Shown: one piece after another, positions 39,009 to 51,312 of the stretch
Numbering within the stretch: the first letter of the stretch is position 1
How the letters are laid out: every line of letters begins with the position of its first letter
Source: Camelus dromedarius
Lineage: Eukaryota
Reading direction: 5' to 3'
Length of the DNA stretch: 64,000 nt
Assembly: GCF_036321535.1 (NCBI RefSeq)
Contig: NC_087436.1
Location: 75,456,001 to 75,520,000 of the forward strand
Translations under genes and position numbers: made by a program
Notes under the pieces: model-generated
Database searches by the model: none
What the model saw: the letters and a program-made list of their open reading frames with translations, nothing else
What the model was told of the DNA's origin: nothing

Positions 39009-39098
39009 GGTGAAGAATTAATTCACTTAGATGGAAAATGCTGTCCTGAATGCATTTCGAGGAGTAGTTATTGTGTATCTGAAGATAATGCAGAATTT
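39009..39098 (+). CDS. FRAS1: FRAS1 exon 10 equivalent, 90 nt (GEELIHLDGKCCPECISRSSYCVSEDNAEF)
   Basis: ctttcttctacag|GGT acceptor, TTT|gtgagt donor; phase 0-0. Confidence 0.96.
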
Positions 39099-39187
39099 GT
39101 GAGTATCGGGCTAATAACCAAAGCCTATTGAAAATTAATCATTCAAAATTAATTTAACAAGGGGGCATTACTTTCTCCTTTCTCTTA

Positions 39188-39905
39188 TCCATTCATTTGT
39201 TCAACAAACGTGATTGCACACCTACTATGTGCCGGGTACTAGAGATACAGAAATGAACACAGCAGCAGAGTCTCTGCTCTTAGTGAGCTTCCGTCCTAGC
39301 ATGGGAACAACTGACAACAAATACATGTCAGGTGGTGACGGGTACTGCCTCGAGAATAAAGCAGCCAGCGGGTAACTGAGGGGAGCGAAGTGCTCTTTTC
39401 CATCGGATGACTGGGGAAGTCTTATGGAGAGAAATTAGAGCAAAACCTGAAGGAAGTGAGGGAGCAAGCCGGGGATATCTGGGGGGAAACATAGCAGGAA
39501 GAGGGATCACCAGACAAAAAAGCAGTGAAGCAGAAGTGTGCTTGGCACGTCCGAGAAACAGCAAGAAAGTAGTCTGGGTGGAACGAAGCAAAGGATGGGG
39601 AAAGGAGTTGAAATGACGTCCAGGAGGTAGCTTGGTCCCTGGTTCTACCCTGTTGCAGATGGGAGCTGCTGGGGAGTTTTGAGCAGAGCAGTTCTGCGAT
39701 GGGGCTTACTTGTGAAAGATCACCTTGGCTGCCAGGTTGAGCCAGTCATGGGACGGGGCGAGCCTGGGAGTAGACAGTCAGGTTTTTGCAACAGTCCAGA
39801 GGAGAGGGGGAGTAGCTTGGTCTCCAGAGCAGATGATATAAAGCAATCGGGCTCTAGATTTATTTTGCAGGTAGAACTGAAAGGATTTTGATGGATTGGA
39901 TGTAG
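39188..39905 (-). mobile_element. L2 LINE 3' fragment
   Basis: cattcatttgttcaacaaac..cacctactatgtgccgggtact start; gcaggtagaactgaaaggattttgatggattggatgt end. Confidence 0.8.
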
Positions 39906-40249
39906 AGCAAAACTCTTATTAGCAAAGGTTTATTTCTCCCTAAATCTGTACTTTTTTTTTATTATATATCCCAAGGGAAACATATTTATCTTAACCTCTT
40001 CAAATTTGCTCTATTTATATAGCCCTTATTTTCCACATGGGGTTCCTGGAATGTGGATGATTGTGCGGCATACTTTTAAGTACATCATAAGTACAGCTGC
40101 TCCTTTGACCAATCAGAATGGGATCATAAGAATTAGGATTACATACTTTGACTTGTGAACTGATTCCTACACACTTTTTCTTTGTGATTTGGTTAAATCG
40201 CATCTGTCAACCTGCCAGTGTCTTGAATAAACTGGGAAGGTAGAATTGT

Positions 40250-40440
40250 GCAGGGTTAACATGCAGGCTCTAAGTTCAAACCCCCTACTTTGCCACATAC
40301 TGACTGTGACCTTGGGCAAGTTACTTAATCCTCAGTTGTAAAGTAGAGATAAAAATAGTACTTACCTCAGGTGTCTATTGAGATGATATGTATAAAGAAC
40401 TTAGAACAGAACCTGGCACATAAAAAAGCTTAAAAATGTT
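40250..40440 (+). mobile_element. MIR SINE
   Basis: ctgtgaccttgggcaagttacttaa core and cttagaacagaacctggcacata. Confidence 0.8.
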
Positions 40441-40441
40441 G

Positions 40442-40445
40442 GATG

Positions 40446-40525
<80 letters not shown>
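40442..40525. repeat. (GAT)7 GGT (GAT)20 trinucleotide microsatellite
   Basis: Read directly. Confidence 0.97.
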
Positions 40526-41073
40526 CATGCTGTTGGCATTGTTTGTTTCATACTGGTGTTTCACAATTTAGTCATCCTTATGTCCTAAGAGTGTAGGAGA
40601 TTAAATTTCCCTATAAAAATTGAATTTGTGTTTTCTCGGTCATAGTATTAATTTGCCTATCCATTTTTGAAGATAAATTAGGCCCAGTGGAATTCTTTAA
40701 AAAGCAAGTTGTTTTAAATAAGTACAAGTCCCCATAGTGCTCCAGTAGTACCACATCAGTGTCAAGAATTTGCTCTTACAAGCCTGTGTCCTTGACTGTG
40801 AAGTCCTTCCTATTGAGGGGAATTGAAGCCATGTACTCCCACACAAAGTGAGAATAAGAATCCAAAAATATTTCCTAGGCATCTTGTCTTCACCTCATAT
40901 TGGTATGCTTTCTTATTTTTGATATAGATAAATTTTGTTTCTATTCATAACCAGTGAATGAAGTTGCATGTTACTTGGGAGAAAAAAAATGGGTATTTCC
41001 TAGTGAAAAAAATGAATAGATCAGCCTAATGGTGTTTTTAGTGGTCTAATAAATACATTTCTCTCATTCCTAG

Positions 41074-41109
41074 ATGTCCTCAAATGCAAGTAAAGTTAAA
41101 CGTATTCCA
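41074..41109 (+). CDS. FRAS1: FRAS1 exon 11 equivalent, 36-nt microexon (MSSNASKVKRIP)
   Basis: ctaat branch-like motif, tttctctcattcctag|ATG acceptor, CCA|gtaagt donor; close to the human FRAS1 peptide MSSNASEVKRIP as recalled; phase 0-0. Confidence 0.93.
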
Positions 41110-41255
41110 GTAAGTATAGATGTTTAGCTTGTACATCAACATGTATAAAATTGTTTTAAGCAATGATTTGTGTAAACTGTCCTGGGGAACCTTAATGCCT
41201 TTATATTTTTAACAGTCATATTTGATGGCACTGTGGTCTGGGATTAAAAATCGCA

Positions 41256-41362
41256 GTGATACATGTAACTGAGTCACTGTGCTGTACACCAGGAGCTAAC
41301 ACAACATTGTAAATCAACTATACTTCGATTTTTTAAAAAATTTTAAAAACTGAAAAAAAGAA
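41256..41362 (+). mobile_element. Short L1 3'-terminal fragment
   Basis: gtaactgagtcactgtgctgtacaccagg..acattgtaaatcaactatacttc followed by an A-rich tail. Confidence 0.8.
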
Positions 41363-42816
41363 AATGTAATTGTCATAGTCTCTGGTTAGTTTCGATCACA
41401 TGAGGCAAACCCAGAAGACACAAAACTGCACTTCTAATGCCCTGTAGCTCTCTGCCTCAGTATCTACAGATATCTAGCTTGTGTTTGATTTCCCTCAAGC
41501 AAGGCCTCCCAAAAACGATCTACCAATCTCCAATAAATGGGTTGACTTAAAAAAAAAATCGTAATGAAACCAAAACTTCGACTCACTGAACTTTTCCTCC
41601 TTTCTTTAGCTTTCCCCCATCCCGACAATTCATAATGAATACTTCCCCAGCTATAAGCCCCTATACAGAACCTTTCTCTTTTTTGTGATGATTTTCTCCT
41701 GATTTTTTTTGGCTTAGAAAACTCAGTTTAACTGTCAGCCCAATTTTCAGTACCGCCAAGCGTTAGAGAGATAGCTTCTTTGGTCTGGGGGGTGTTCGTT
41801 CTGTGTACATTGTTTGCGGGACTACGATGTGTAGTTTCTTTTTAAGGAAAAGTGCAAGCATGTTTGTTCACACGAGCAAGCTTACAGTTTTGGAGGTTAT
41901 AGAATAAGGGGATCAGGAACCCAGTTTGTTTTGAAATGGGAGGGAAGCACTTCTACCTCCCCAAGATAATAGTTCTCATTTTCCTAACATTGTCATTCAC
42001 TGTTGCTGAATATTGTCACATTAATTGTTTGGAATACTTAACATCAGTGGGTTTCATAAGCATTTTACCAAAGCTTTATTTTAAAATATGCTCTTTTATT
42101 CTCTTTGGTTTTACCTCCTTTATCTCCCCAAACGTTCTGGTAGGAACCTTTTTCTCTCTTTTTCCAGGGTGAGTAGGACAGCGAGCAAAAAGAAACTGCT
42201 CTTTATAATTCACTTTGGACTCTCTGTCAGAGTACCAATGTTTATTACCCTAATTTGCTTGGCCGAGAAGAATACTGAGTGGAAGAAAGCCCATGGCACA
42301 TCCACAGCCCACAAAAAGTGGACACGCGAGAGCTGTCATTCTAAGAACACGACGACCTAGTATTATTCTTACTGTAGTAACAATAAGGAAATTCAGAGTT
42401 TTAAACAGTTTCCTACTGTTATAAAGATTGTATTTAATGTACCTGCTAATCACTAGGTACATAGTAGTCCCCTCTGGATGTTTTGTTGTTGTTGTTGTTG
42501 TTGTTGTTTTGTGAGATATGTTGAGAATCAAGTGTTAGATGCTTCTTGCTTGTTCTGGAAGCCCCACAATGCTTTCGCGCTTTACCTTTCTGCCTAGGTT
42601 CTACATCAGAATAAACCAATTATAAACAAAGGAGAAGTGCTATCCTTTAAACTTAGGACTCTTCTACTGCTGTCCTATTTCAGAGCTGGGTTTGCCATGG
42701 TACTGATCACGAGCCTTCACTTTGTCTCTTATGGAAATTATACGTTCTCCACCAGCAAACTGACTTCTGAATCTCTGCACCCTGATAACAACATCATTCT
42801 TTACTGTGTCCTGTAG

Positions 42817-42964
42817 GAGGGGGCAACATGGGAGGATGGCCCTTGCAAGGTGTGTGAGTGCCGGGGGACTCAGGTGACTTGCTACAAGCCCTCTTGTCCT
42901 CCATGTCCGGTAGCCACACTAGCCCAGATGGCAAAGGGACAGTGCTGTCCAGAGTGCACATCAG
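42817..42964 (+). CDS. FRAS1: FRAS1 exon 12 equivalent, 148 nt, VWC6 (EGATWEDGPCKVCECRGTQVTCYKPSCPPCPVATLAQMAKGQCCPECTS)
   Basis: gtgtcctgtag|GAG acceptor, TCAG|gtgggt donor; phase 0-1. Confidence 0.97.
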
Positions 42965-44403
42965 GTGGGTCCATGTCCGGTTTATTTCTGCTGAGATAAT
43001 TCTACTGCCAAAAAATTCAGAGAGATCTCTCCTCCAACCCCTTGCTGCTTTTTCTTTGAATAACCCACTGAGTTTGTTCGTTTGTTTCTTCTTAATTTTT
43101 CTAACAAATGATGCTAATTAATCTTTGTCCATGTGTTTGCCAAATTCAACTGATTATGAGTATATGACCTTGCACAAGTCCTTGACCCTCTCTGAATCTT
43201 ATGTTCTTGTTTATAAAACGTGCCTTAGCTACCTTGCAAAATTATTGTGAAAATCAAATAACTGAATGTTTGAAAACTTGTAAAGGCAAATATATGTGTT
43301 ACGACTCTTCCACTGTTGAAGATTTAAGAATTGCTGAAAGTGTGTTATGGATATTCATTTTTTTAAGGTGAACTGTTAAACAGATGGTTCCTTTTGGAGT
43401 GCTCAAATGGGTTTTTGAAGTTTAAAGACTCATTAATTTCTTCCAAAAGAAAATTTTATCTACTTGTTCTGCAACTCTGCTTTCAAATCACCTGGGGTTG
43501 AATTAGTTCCAGTTAATAATTGTTGGCAAGTGCTGGAGCTGCTCTGGCTGAGCAGTAATTTGCCTATAAGCTCATTCTCTCTTGGAGAAGTGGCATTTCC
43601 TTTCGTTCATACTTCATAATTAATTGTTGTCATCTGTGGGTTGCACCTTTTCACACTGGCAGTTGCTCTTACCGCACTCACCTTATTTTGGCTAATCGGT
43701 GTTTCTGGGAAGAGTTTATCATGGGAAAAGCATAGCAATGCTCTGGTTTCATTACATTATCTTCACCAAAGTGTCTCTCTGGGCTTTCCAAAACGAACAT
43801 TTGGCATATTATAACATACCATTCCTTGAAAATCAGGTCCTTGACAACTTTGAAACCTGAAAGAAGTCCTTTGCTGACAATTACTACGAAGTTCAGGGAT
43901 GATCCCAATTACTGGGAATGAGATTTGAAATTTTGGAGAAAAAGAAGAAAACTGGCCATATATATATATATATATATACAAATATTTTTGGAAAATAATA
44001 ACTATTCTTAAACATTGTAGGTTTTATGTCTTTTTATTCACACCAAAGCTTAAGAAGAACATCTAAGAAATGATAAATTATTGATTCTGCTTTAATCATC
44101 TTTATGGAGCTAGTCATTCCTGTTTCTAGAAGTAGAGACATTAACGGGGAAGGTTTGGTAATGATTTTAGAGTCTTCAATTTGGGGTAGAGGAGACAGTG
44201 ATAGCATTTTAGACAAGGAATGGTTCCTTGAAATTTTGCATTGAAATCAGTTTTGCTATTTGGGGTCCTTTTTCATACCCAAGTTCCAGAGTTTTCTATT
44301 CTCCATACTGTATAGGTCCATATACCCTGTAGATCCTTTGTCACAAGATGTGAGAGAAATTTCATGTTCTCCACTGAGTTCTCCTCTTTGTCCTTGATCG
44401 TAG

Positions 44404-44547
44404 TTCATTGCCACCCAGACTGCTTGACCTGCTCTCAGTCTCCGGACCACTGTGACCTGTGTCAGGACCCCACAAAGTTGTTGCGGAACGGACGGTGTGT
44501 GCACAGCTGTGGCCTGGGATTTTATCAAGCCGGTGCCCTCTGTTTAG
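44404..44547 (+). CDS. FRAS1: FRAS1 exon 13 equivalent, 144 nt, furin-like repeat 1 (VHCHPDCLTCSQSPDHCDLCQDPTKLLRNGRCVHSCGLGFYQAGALCL)
   Basis: ccttgatcgtag|TT acceptor, TTAG|gtatgg donor; phase 1-1. Confidence 0.97.
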
Positions 44548-45489
44548 GTATGGCTCCATGCAGACAGCCCAGAGAGGGACAGAGGCTCACTGTTGTACAG
44601 GAGGGGGTCATGATGCAGGAAATGCACAATTTCCAAAAACCAACAGAAGGTGGTAACATCATCTTTAGGCTCCTCGACCTCTTTACTTGCAGGTCTCTTT
44701 CTTCTGACATTTTGCAGGTGTTTCCACACTTAGATGACTGGGAGATAGATGATTGGGTGGTCAGATGCTGCTAGGTATTCATGGCTCGATTTTTTATTTT
44801 CAAAGACTTTAAAGGGTAGTAATGCCATCAGGATGCCTGGTATCATTCATAAAAACACTCAGTTAATCCAAGGTAGAGCTTCAGAGTTGACATGGACCTT
44901 CGAGATCACTTACTAGAACTTTCTCATTTTGCAAATGAGGAACCTGTGGGCCAGAGGACTAGCTGGCTTGCTTAATATCACATAGATAATTGGTAACAGA
45001 GCTTATCTTTTTTGGGTTACCGCAGGATCCTATAGTACTTCTGAGAAGGAGCTCTTAGCTGGGAGAATTTGGCTTGGTTGAGGCCAAATCATAGTTGCTT
45101 TTCCTCCTATCTCAGACTCTTGGGGTTAATTAACCATTTAACAGTGTGTAAGTTCATACCCTGGCTGTGAGTAGTTAACTTCTCAGTGCCTCAGTATTCT
45201 GACCTGTGAAGTGGGGTAATACATGTACCTTGTGGTACAAGGAGGGTCTCATGAGGATTACATGTGTCAATACATGTAAAGTGCCTAGAATAGCATCAAG
45301 GATATAGTCAGGCCTCAATAAAGGTCAACTGCTTTTTATTATTTTTGTGATTATTCACTTCTCCCTACTTTCTCTCCTGATTCATAATCTTCAGCCTTTT
45401 GGGAAGTTATTTATGTCTTTGCCATAAGGGATACTCTTGTAAAATGGTTGAATGAGAAGGATATTGGGGGCATTGGATAAGAAGAGAAG

Positions 45490-45712
45490 AGCACAGACCT
45501 TTGAGCCTAACTGCCTGGCTGCAAGTGCCAGCTTCATGGGACCTTAACCTTGGGCAGGTTACTTAGCCTCTGTCAGCTTGTTCCTCATCTGTAACATGGG
45601 GGTTAATACTGTCTGCCTCATGGAGTTGTGAAGATGAAACGCATCCATACACGTAAAGCACTTTGCACAGTGCCTGGTGTGAAATATGTGCTACATAAAT
45701 GACGGTGGTAAC
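45490..45712 (+). mobile_element. MIR SINE
   Basis: accttgggcaggttacttagcctct..ttcctcatctgtaacatgggg..aaagcactttgcacagtgcctgg. Confidence 0.8.
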
Positions 45713-45847
45713 ATTATTTTCCAGGCTTTCTTCTTCCCTGTGTCTCAGAGCCTCAGAATTGGGCTGTGTGGGAATCGGCATCAGGGTGATGCCAGTGAGC
45801 TAATCAGAGGTTCCCTTTCTCTTTCTCCCAATCTTGTCTGGAGCTAG

Positions 45848-45982
45848 CCTGCCAGCCCCAGTGCTCCACATGCACCAGTGGCCTGGAGTGCTCGTCCTGC
45901 CAGCCTCCCCTGCTGATGCAGGACGGCCAGTGTGTGTCCTCCTGTGGGAACGGCTTCTACCAAGACCGCCACTCCTGTGCAG
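45848..45982 (+). CDS. FRAS1: FRAS1 exon 14 equivalent, 135 nt, furin-like repeat 2 (ACQPQCSTCTSGLECSSCQPPLLMQDGQCVSSCGNGFYQDRHSCA)
   Basis: ggagctag|CC acceptor, GCAG|gtaatc donor; phase 1-1. Confidence 0.96.
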
Positions 45983-48021
45983 GTAATCACCTACCCGGTC
46001 CCCGAGAAAGCCACTCCCTCTTCCCGGTTATCCCGGGCCACCCGCAGCTGTAAGTAGGAGAAGAGATTCTGAATGACACTCCAGATGGCTTGAGAACAGT
46101 GGGTGAGAGAGCTGACACACATTGTTTTTATAATTTTATTGGAGCTTTAGTGACGTGTGTGTGATACGATTTCTGGAAGTCCTTTTGCACATGTCTGGGG
46201 GCACTGGGACACTAATTAACATCATACTTTTGGTTCCAATTGCCGTTATGTTGTAAGTTAGATTGCTTCGTCCTGTAAGTACACAGGGTTTACTTGAAAA
46301 CAAAGGGGAAAATACATCTTATATTTTAAAACTTTATTGTCACCTAAAGAGAGAGGGGGAAGCAGAAATAAGAAAGTGACATCATAATAACAAACTTGGA
46401 CAAACAAAACAAAAGCGGGCATTTAAGTTTGTTCCACTTGAGCATCTGTGTACTTAGCACACATACTAGTGTCTGTTACTTTAGTGGCTATGTATGTCTG
46501 CTTTTTTTTATACTTTTAATTTTATATTGCTAATTAAGACCTAGTTGAAATTCTTAATATCATAACTTCTCTGAAAGTAGGAATGCTCATAATATAATTT
46601 GTTTGTTTATACTTGACCATTTTTTTCAATAGTGATTATACTCATGGGTATAAAGTAAAAAAGTAAATGTATAAAGAATTTTTTAAATGCAGAAATAGGG
46701 GAAGGAGGTGATGGTGAAAGCAAAGACAAGAGGCAGAATCCTAAGTTTGTCTTTGGGGAGAGACCGGGAGTCAGATGTGCCCAGAACCTAAGGCAGGATG
46801 TGCAGTGTCAGGTAAACCTGAAGAGGCAGATGGGCCAGAGGGAGGGTCTTGGACGTCATACAAGGGAACCGTGGTATCTAGGCTCTGCATCTGAGCAGCG
46901 GGAGGTGGGCCAGTCTGAGGCTCAGCTGATATGATCCTCTCTTTCATGCCCTTGGTTAGATTTTCAGGAAAATCACTTGGAGGGAAAATGTTAAAAGCAC
47001 AGTGCATGGTATTCACAGGCTTGCAGGCTGACTGAGCTTCAAGGCCAGGTGAAGGTCCTCTGTGGGGGAGGCTGATGGCTGCTTCCACTCCAGGTCATGG
47101 TCATAAGGGGAGTCCACGGGATTGTGGAAAGCATCATGGAAGGAAACACTGGTACTGTGCACATCATGCAGATGTGAGCAGAGTGGGGCCTGGAGCCAGT
47201 CACATTACAGAAATGGAAGCATGCTAGCTTCTCAGTCCGGCTTGGGGGCTCCTTGAGATGTGTAAGAATTCTTCTGTATTTCTGTATCCCCGACATCAAG
47301 GGACGCACGAAGGGTTCCGATTAGTTCAGCATTTGTTGAACAAGTGTTTGAGGAATAAAGGAATGTACTACCCCTTGGTGATCCTTGAAGGACCAGTGTT
47401 TCAACAGAAGTCTCAGCCCTGAAAGAGAAAAGAACTCTTAATGTGTATTACTTATCATGTTCTGTTTACCTGTTATTTTAGGACAGGCTCAAAGTGGGCA
47501 CATACAAACGCTTTTATAAGTGTCTAATGGATTGGCAATTTAGGTAAACTGCTGAAATTTCAATTTGATGAAATTATTGAATGTACTCTTTACTCCCTTC
47601 TTCTATCCCATCAAAGAGACCTCCTGCTAGCACTCCTGCGACAAGTTTGCCTTTGAAAGGGAATTAATTCCCCCTAGATTTGACTCTTCCCTCCATTCCA
47701 CCTCCACCCCCTGCCCCACGTCCCACCTACAGGTTTACTTTTTTCTTTCTTTCTCTTTTTTGGGTGGGGCGCAGTGGGGCACATATCTTTTTCCCAAGCC
47801 CAGTGTTTTAACTGATAATGTTAATGCCGTTTCAGGGCACTTTGAAATGAGTAATGTTTCATTTGATTACTGGCGTATGTATGTAGCTGACTGCTTCCAC
47901 ATTCCATCCACATACCCGTACACAAATGCCTTCGCAGAAAGTTGCTGGAAAATTTGTTCATGCTCCCTCCAGGGAATTAAACCAATTTGCTTTAGTTCAG
48001 CCTGATTGCATTTTTATGCAT

Positions 48022-48067
48022 AAAATGAGAAGAAAGAAGAGAGCAAAATGAGAAGGAAGAAGAGAGC
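48022..48067. repeat. 23-bp tandem duplication in a purine tract
   Basis: aaaatgagaagaaagaagagagc then aaaatgagaaggaagaagagagc, one mismatch. Confidence 0.9.
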
Positions 48068-49522
48068 AAGAGGAGGGAGAAGAAAGAGAGAGAATGATCT
48101 TAAAAATGAAAGCTAAACTTGTGATCAATTTTTATATACTGTTTTGATGCCAAGACTGCCCAAATAAGCTTTCTCATTATTTGAATTTTTTGCAGTATCC
48201 ATAACTTGTGCCATTTTTGGTAACTTTTCGCCATTGACCTTAGAAGTCTGTCAGTCAGCCAGCACTCTTCCAGAAAGTGCTAAACATTTCAAAATGAAGC
48301 CGGTCATGTTCTGGTAACAACAGGTTTTTCTGGGTTGATTCCTTTTGGCAGGGTCACTTATGTTATGACTGGCATCACTTGCCACTTTAGTGACCCATCA
48401 AAACCAAAAGAAAGTGAACACTGTGCTGAGGAAACTCATTACCAGAAATTACCTGATTAATATTCATGCTCACTATGTTGAACACAGGGCAGAGTGAGAA
48501 ATAAGGGGCAGAGCCAAGTGGCACATAGACACACGACTCTTCAATAAGAGTGGGAGCTTGTAAACCAGAGAGGGGTGAAAAGAGACTCTAAGTCCTGCCA
48601 GAGAACTTCATCCTTAGGGGCCTTTATCATTGTCCCCTTTCCCTTGAGTTTTATGGAATATTATATATATGCACACACACACAGATATGCCTACAAAGGT
48701 GCACATATGTGTGCATGTATTAATATTATTGTTATGTTCTTGTGTTTGATTAAACTGAGTAGTGTTATAAATATAGATCACATTATGTGCCCCACCACAG
48801 TCACTGCTTCATTTCCTCTGCCTTCCCCAGCTTGAGAGTTTGATGCCTTGATTGCTTTACCTGAAGGCTCAGTACCACCCAGTTTTTATGCCGGTGTAAA
48901 CTGAAGACAAGAGTATGTAAGTTGCTTCTTTCCCACAGTGGGTAGGACCAAGGAGTAATCTCCCTCGTCATGCCCCAAACTCATCTTTCAGGCCTAGTGC
49001 TCAGGCTTCTGCCTTATCCCCTAGGCTTCCTTTGCCACCATGAAGATCTGGTCTAACGTCCCTTCTTGACCCCATGGACGTCAGGTCCTAAGATTGGGGG
49101 TTCTGCTTTGGTTTTTGCCACCTGTCCTGTTGTGAGCCATTTCCAGGAATCAGCAGCCCGTCTCTTAATCAGCCCCAGCCTGACAGTCAGGCTTGACCTG
49201 TGTGTGGGTGCTCTGTGCCTTTCTCCCCGTACCACATGACCTTGCACCCTTGCCGCATGGCTCTTGGGTACCACTTGTCCTGGACTTGCTGTATTCTCTC
49301 TACCAGAGTGGTAGTTCCACTACCTCTTCTTAGAAGCCCTGGTATTATATATCTTAATCTGGATCCAGACTGAGCTTGCCCATCCCAAGAACATTCTTCC
49401 TTGCCTGTCTTGCCCCTCTTTTCAGTGAACCCCTGTTTCACTCTGGTGGCAGTATTGAACTGTGCATGAAAATCATAGATATAAGAACCCATAAGAAGAA
49501 AAGTTAAAACAACCACACTAAC

Positions 49523-49806
49523 TCACAGACATAGAAAACCAACTTATGGTTACCAAAGAGGAAAGGGACGGAGGGATAAATTAGAAATTTGAGATTAATA
49601 GATATACACTACTGTATATAAAATAGACAAACAACAAGGACCTGTATAGCACAAGGAAATATATGAAATATAATAAGCTATAATAGAAAAGAATCTGAAA
49701 AAATATATGTATATGTATAACTGAATCACTTTGCTTTATACCCAAAACACTGTAAATCAACCATATTTCAATAAGAAGTAATAAATAAATAAATAAATAA
49801 ATAAAT
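49523..49806 (+). mobile_element. L1 3' end (5'-truncated) with (TAAA)n tail and 17-bp TSD
   Basis: TSD aaaacaaccacactaac 49506-49522 vs aaaacaactacactaac 49807-49823 (16/17); TT|AAAA endonuclease site. Confidence 0.93.
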
Positions 49807-50544
49807 AAAACAACTACACTAACACACATCATGCAAGATTAGTTTAAAATGAGTAACTCAAGACTAGATTTTGAGTAGACAAAAAGTAGAATTTATTTCA
49901 TTTTTATATGTGTATCAATGTCTGGTTTGTCAGCTTAAAACCCCAATATTCACAAACGTTTGAGGATGGAGCCGTGTGTACTCCCTGGCAAGGGCTGCCT
50001 TCCAGAGGCAGCAGATCCAGAGGTGAGAGGGATGGGGACAGGGTGCTCAAGACCATAGACTTGGGAGCCAAGGATTCCAATCTTGGTTCTGTCACTTCAA
50101 ACAGCATATTCTTTAACTCCGTGCTGCAGTGGCCTGTGGCTACAGCAGGGACAAGAATATCTGCTATATAGCACTGCTGTGCAGATTAAATGAGCAAATT
50201 CACATCTATCGTTTAGGATGGCGCCTGGCACCTATAAGCCCTCCATGTAGGTTAGGAGGCTTAGATTTCTGCTTCCTATTGTCATTCGTTTCCGTTCTCC
50301 AGCTCCTCCATTCATTCTCTTTGCCACTGCTCACAGTCTGGAGGATGAGAAGATAAGACTCCGTATTTGCCCATAGTGAGCTGGCAATCAAGGCAGGGTT
50401 ATCTGCTGCTTACAGAGATGTGAAAAAATAAAAATACAAACACAAAAACCTGTGCAGCTTAGTCTGTATCTGATTGCTGTGTGGTCTTAGACTTTGAAAC
50501 TTAAAGAATCAAGCAATTGAATTTTTTATAGGTTTGTACAAGAC

Positions 50545-50750
50545 AGGCTCATTTTGAATCTCAGCTCCATTACTTACTGCTTATATGGCTTTGGGCAGGT
50601 CATTTAACCACTTTGAGCCTCAGTTTCATCAACTGGAAAGTGGGGATAATATTATCTACTTTAAATCATTAACATGAAGTTAGAAAAGATGTTTGAAAAT
50701 GTAAATATGACTGACCCATAGTATGTGGACAACAAAAGGCGGCTATTGTC
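50545..50750 (+). mobile_element. MIR SINE
   Basis: ttgggcaggtcatttaaccactttgagcctcagtttcatc..gtggggataat. Confidence 0.75.
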
Positions 50751-51312
50751 ATCATCAAATCTGTTCCTTTATTTTTTAATTTATGCAAATGAAAATCAAA
50801 TAGCTTGCATTAGGAAACAAAAGAGTTTTGTGCCATTTGTGTCAGATTTATAATAGGTTTTATACATTATGGAGGAGTAAATATAATACAGAGAGCAATT
50901 TATTCATCCCAAGTTAAAATTATTTTATTTTCTTTAAAAGCTTTGATTAAATGAATCTGGAATTACCTGTTTCTTATATTCACAGAGAAAACTTTTGCTA
51001 AGAAAACCTGTAGAATTTGCATACACAATGCTGACCTAGCTGAGGCTTAAAAGCTGTAGTTTGAGCAGGGGAATTTCTGGCGTGAATCATCTGTTGGAAT
51101 CTTGCTTGACTGGAGCAGCCCAGCGCTTGGCAGCTGTGCAGCACGGGGCCCTCGGAGCCCAGGCAGAGCAGCGCTTGATGGGCGGGCGTTATATTCCACA
51201 AGCGCTTAGCCCAGCCTAGCCGTGCCCAGGACGAACCTCTTGGCAAAGGCATTTATGAAACTAATGTGGGAAAATGGATGTGGGGCGTGAGAAGGGCTGT
51301 GTGCCAGGCTTC

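Noticed and set aside
44548..44774. Open frame continuing past the exon 13 donor, suggesting a truncated secreted isoform
   Set aside because: The donor is normal (AG|gtatgg), the extension has no recognisable features, and I saw no poly(A) signal close to the stop; needs transcript data.
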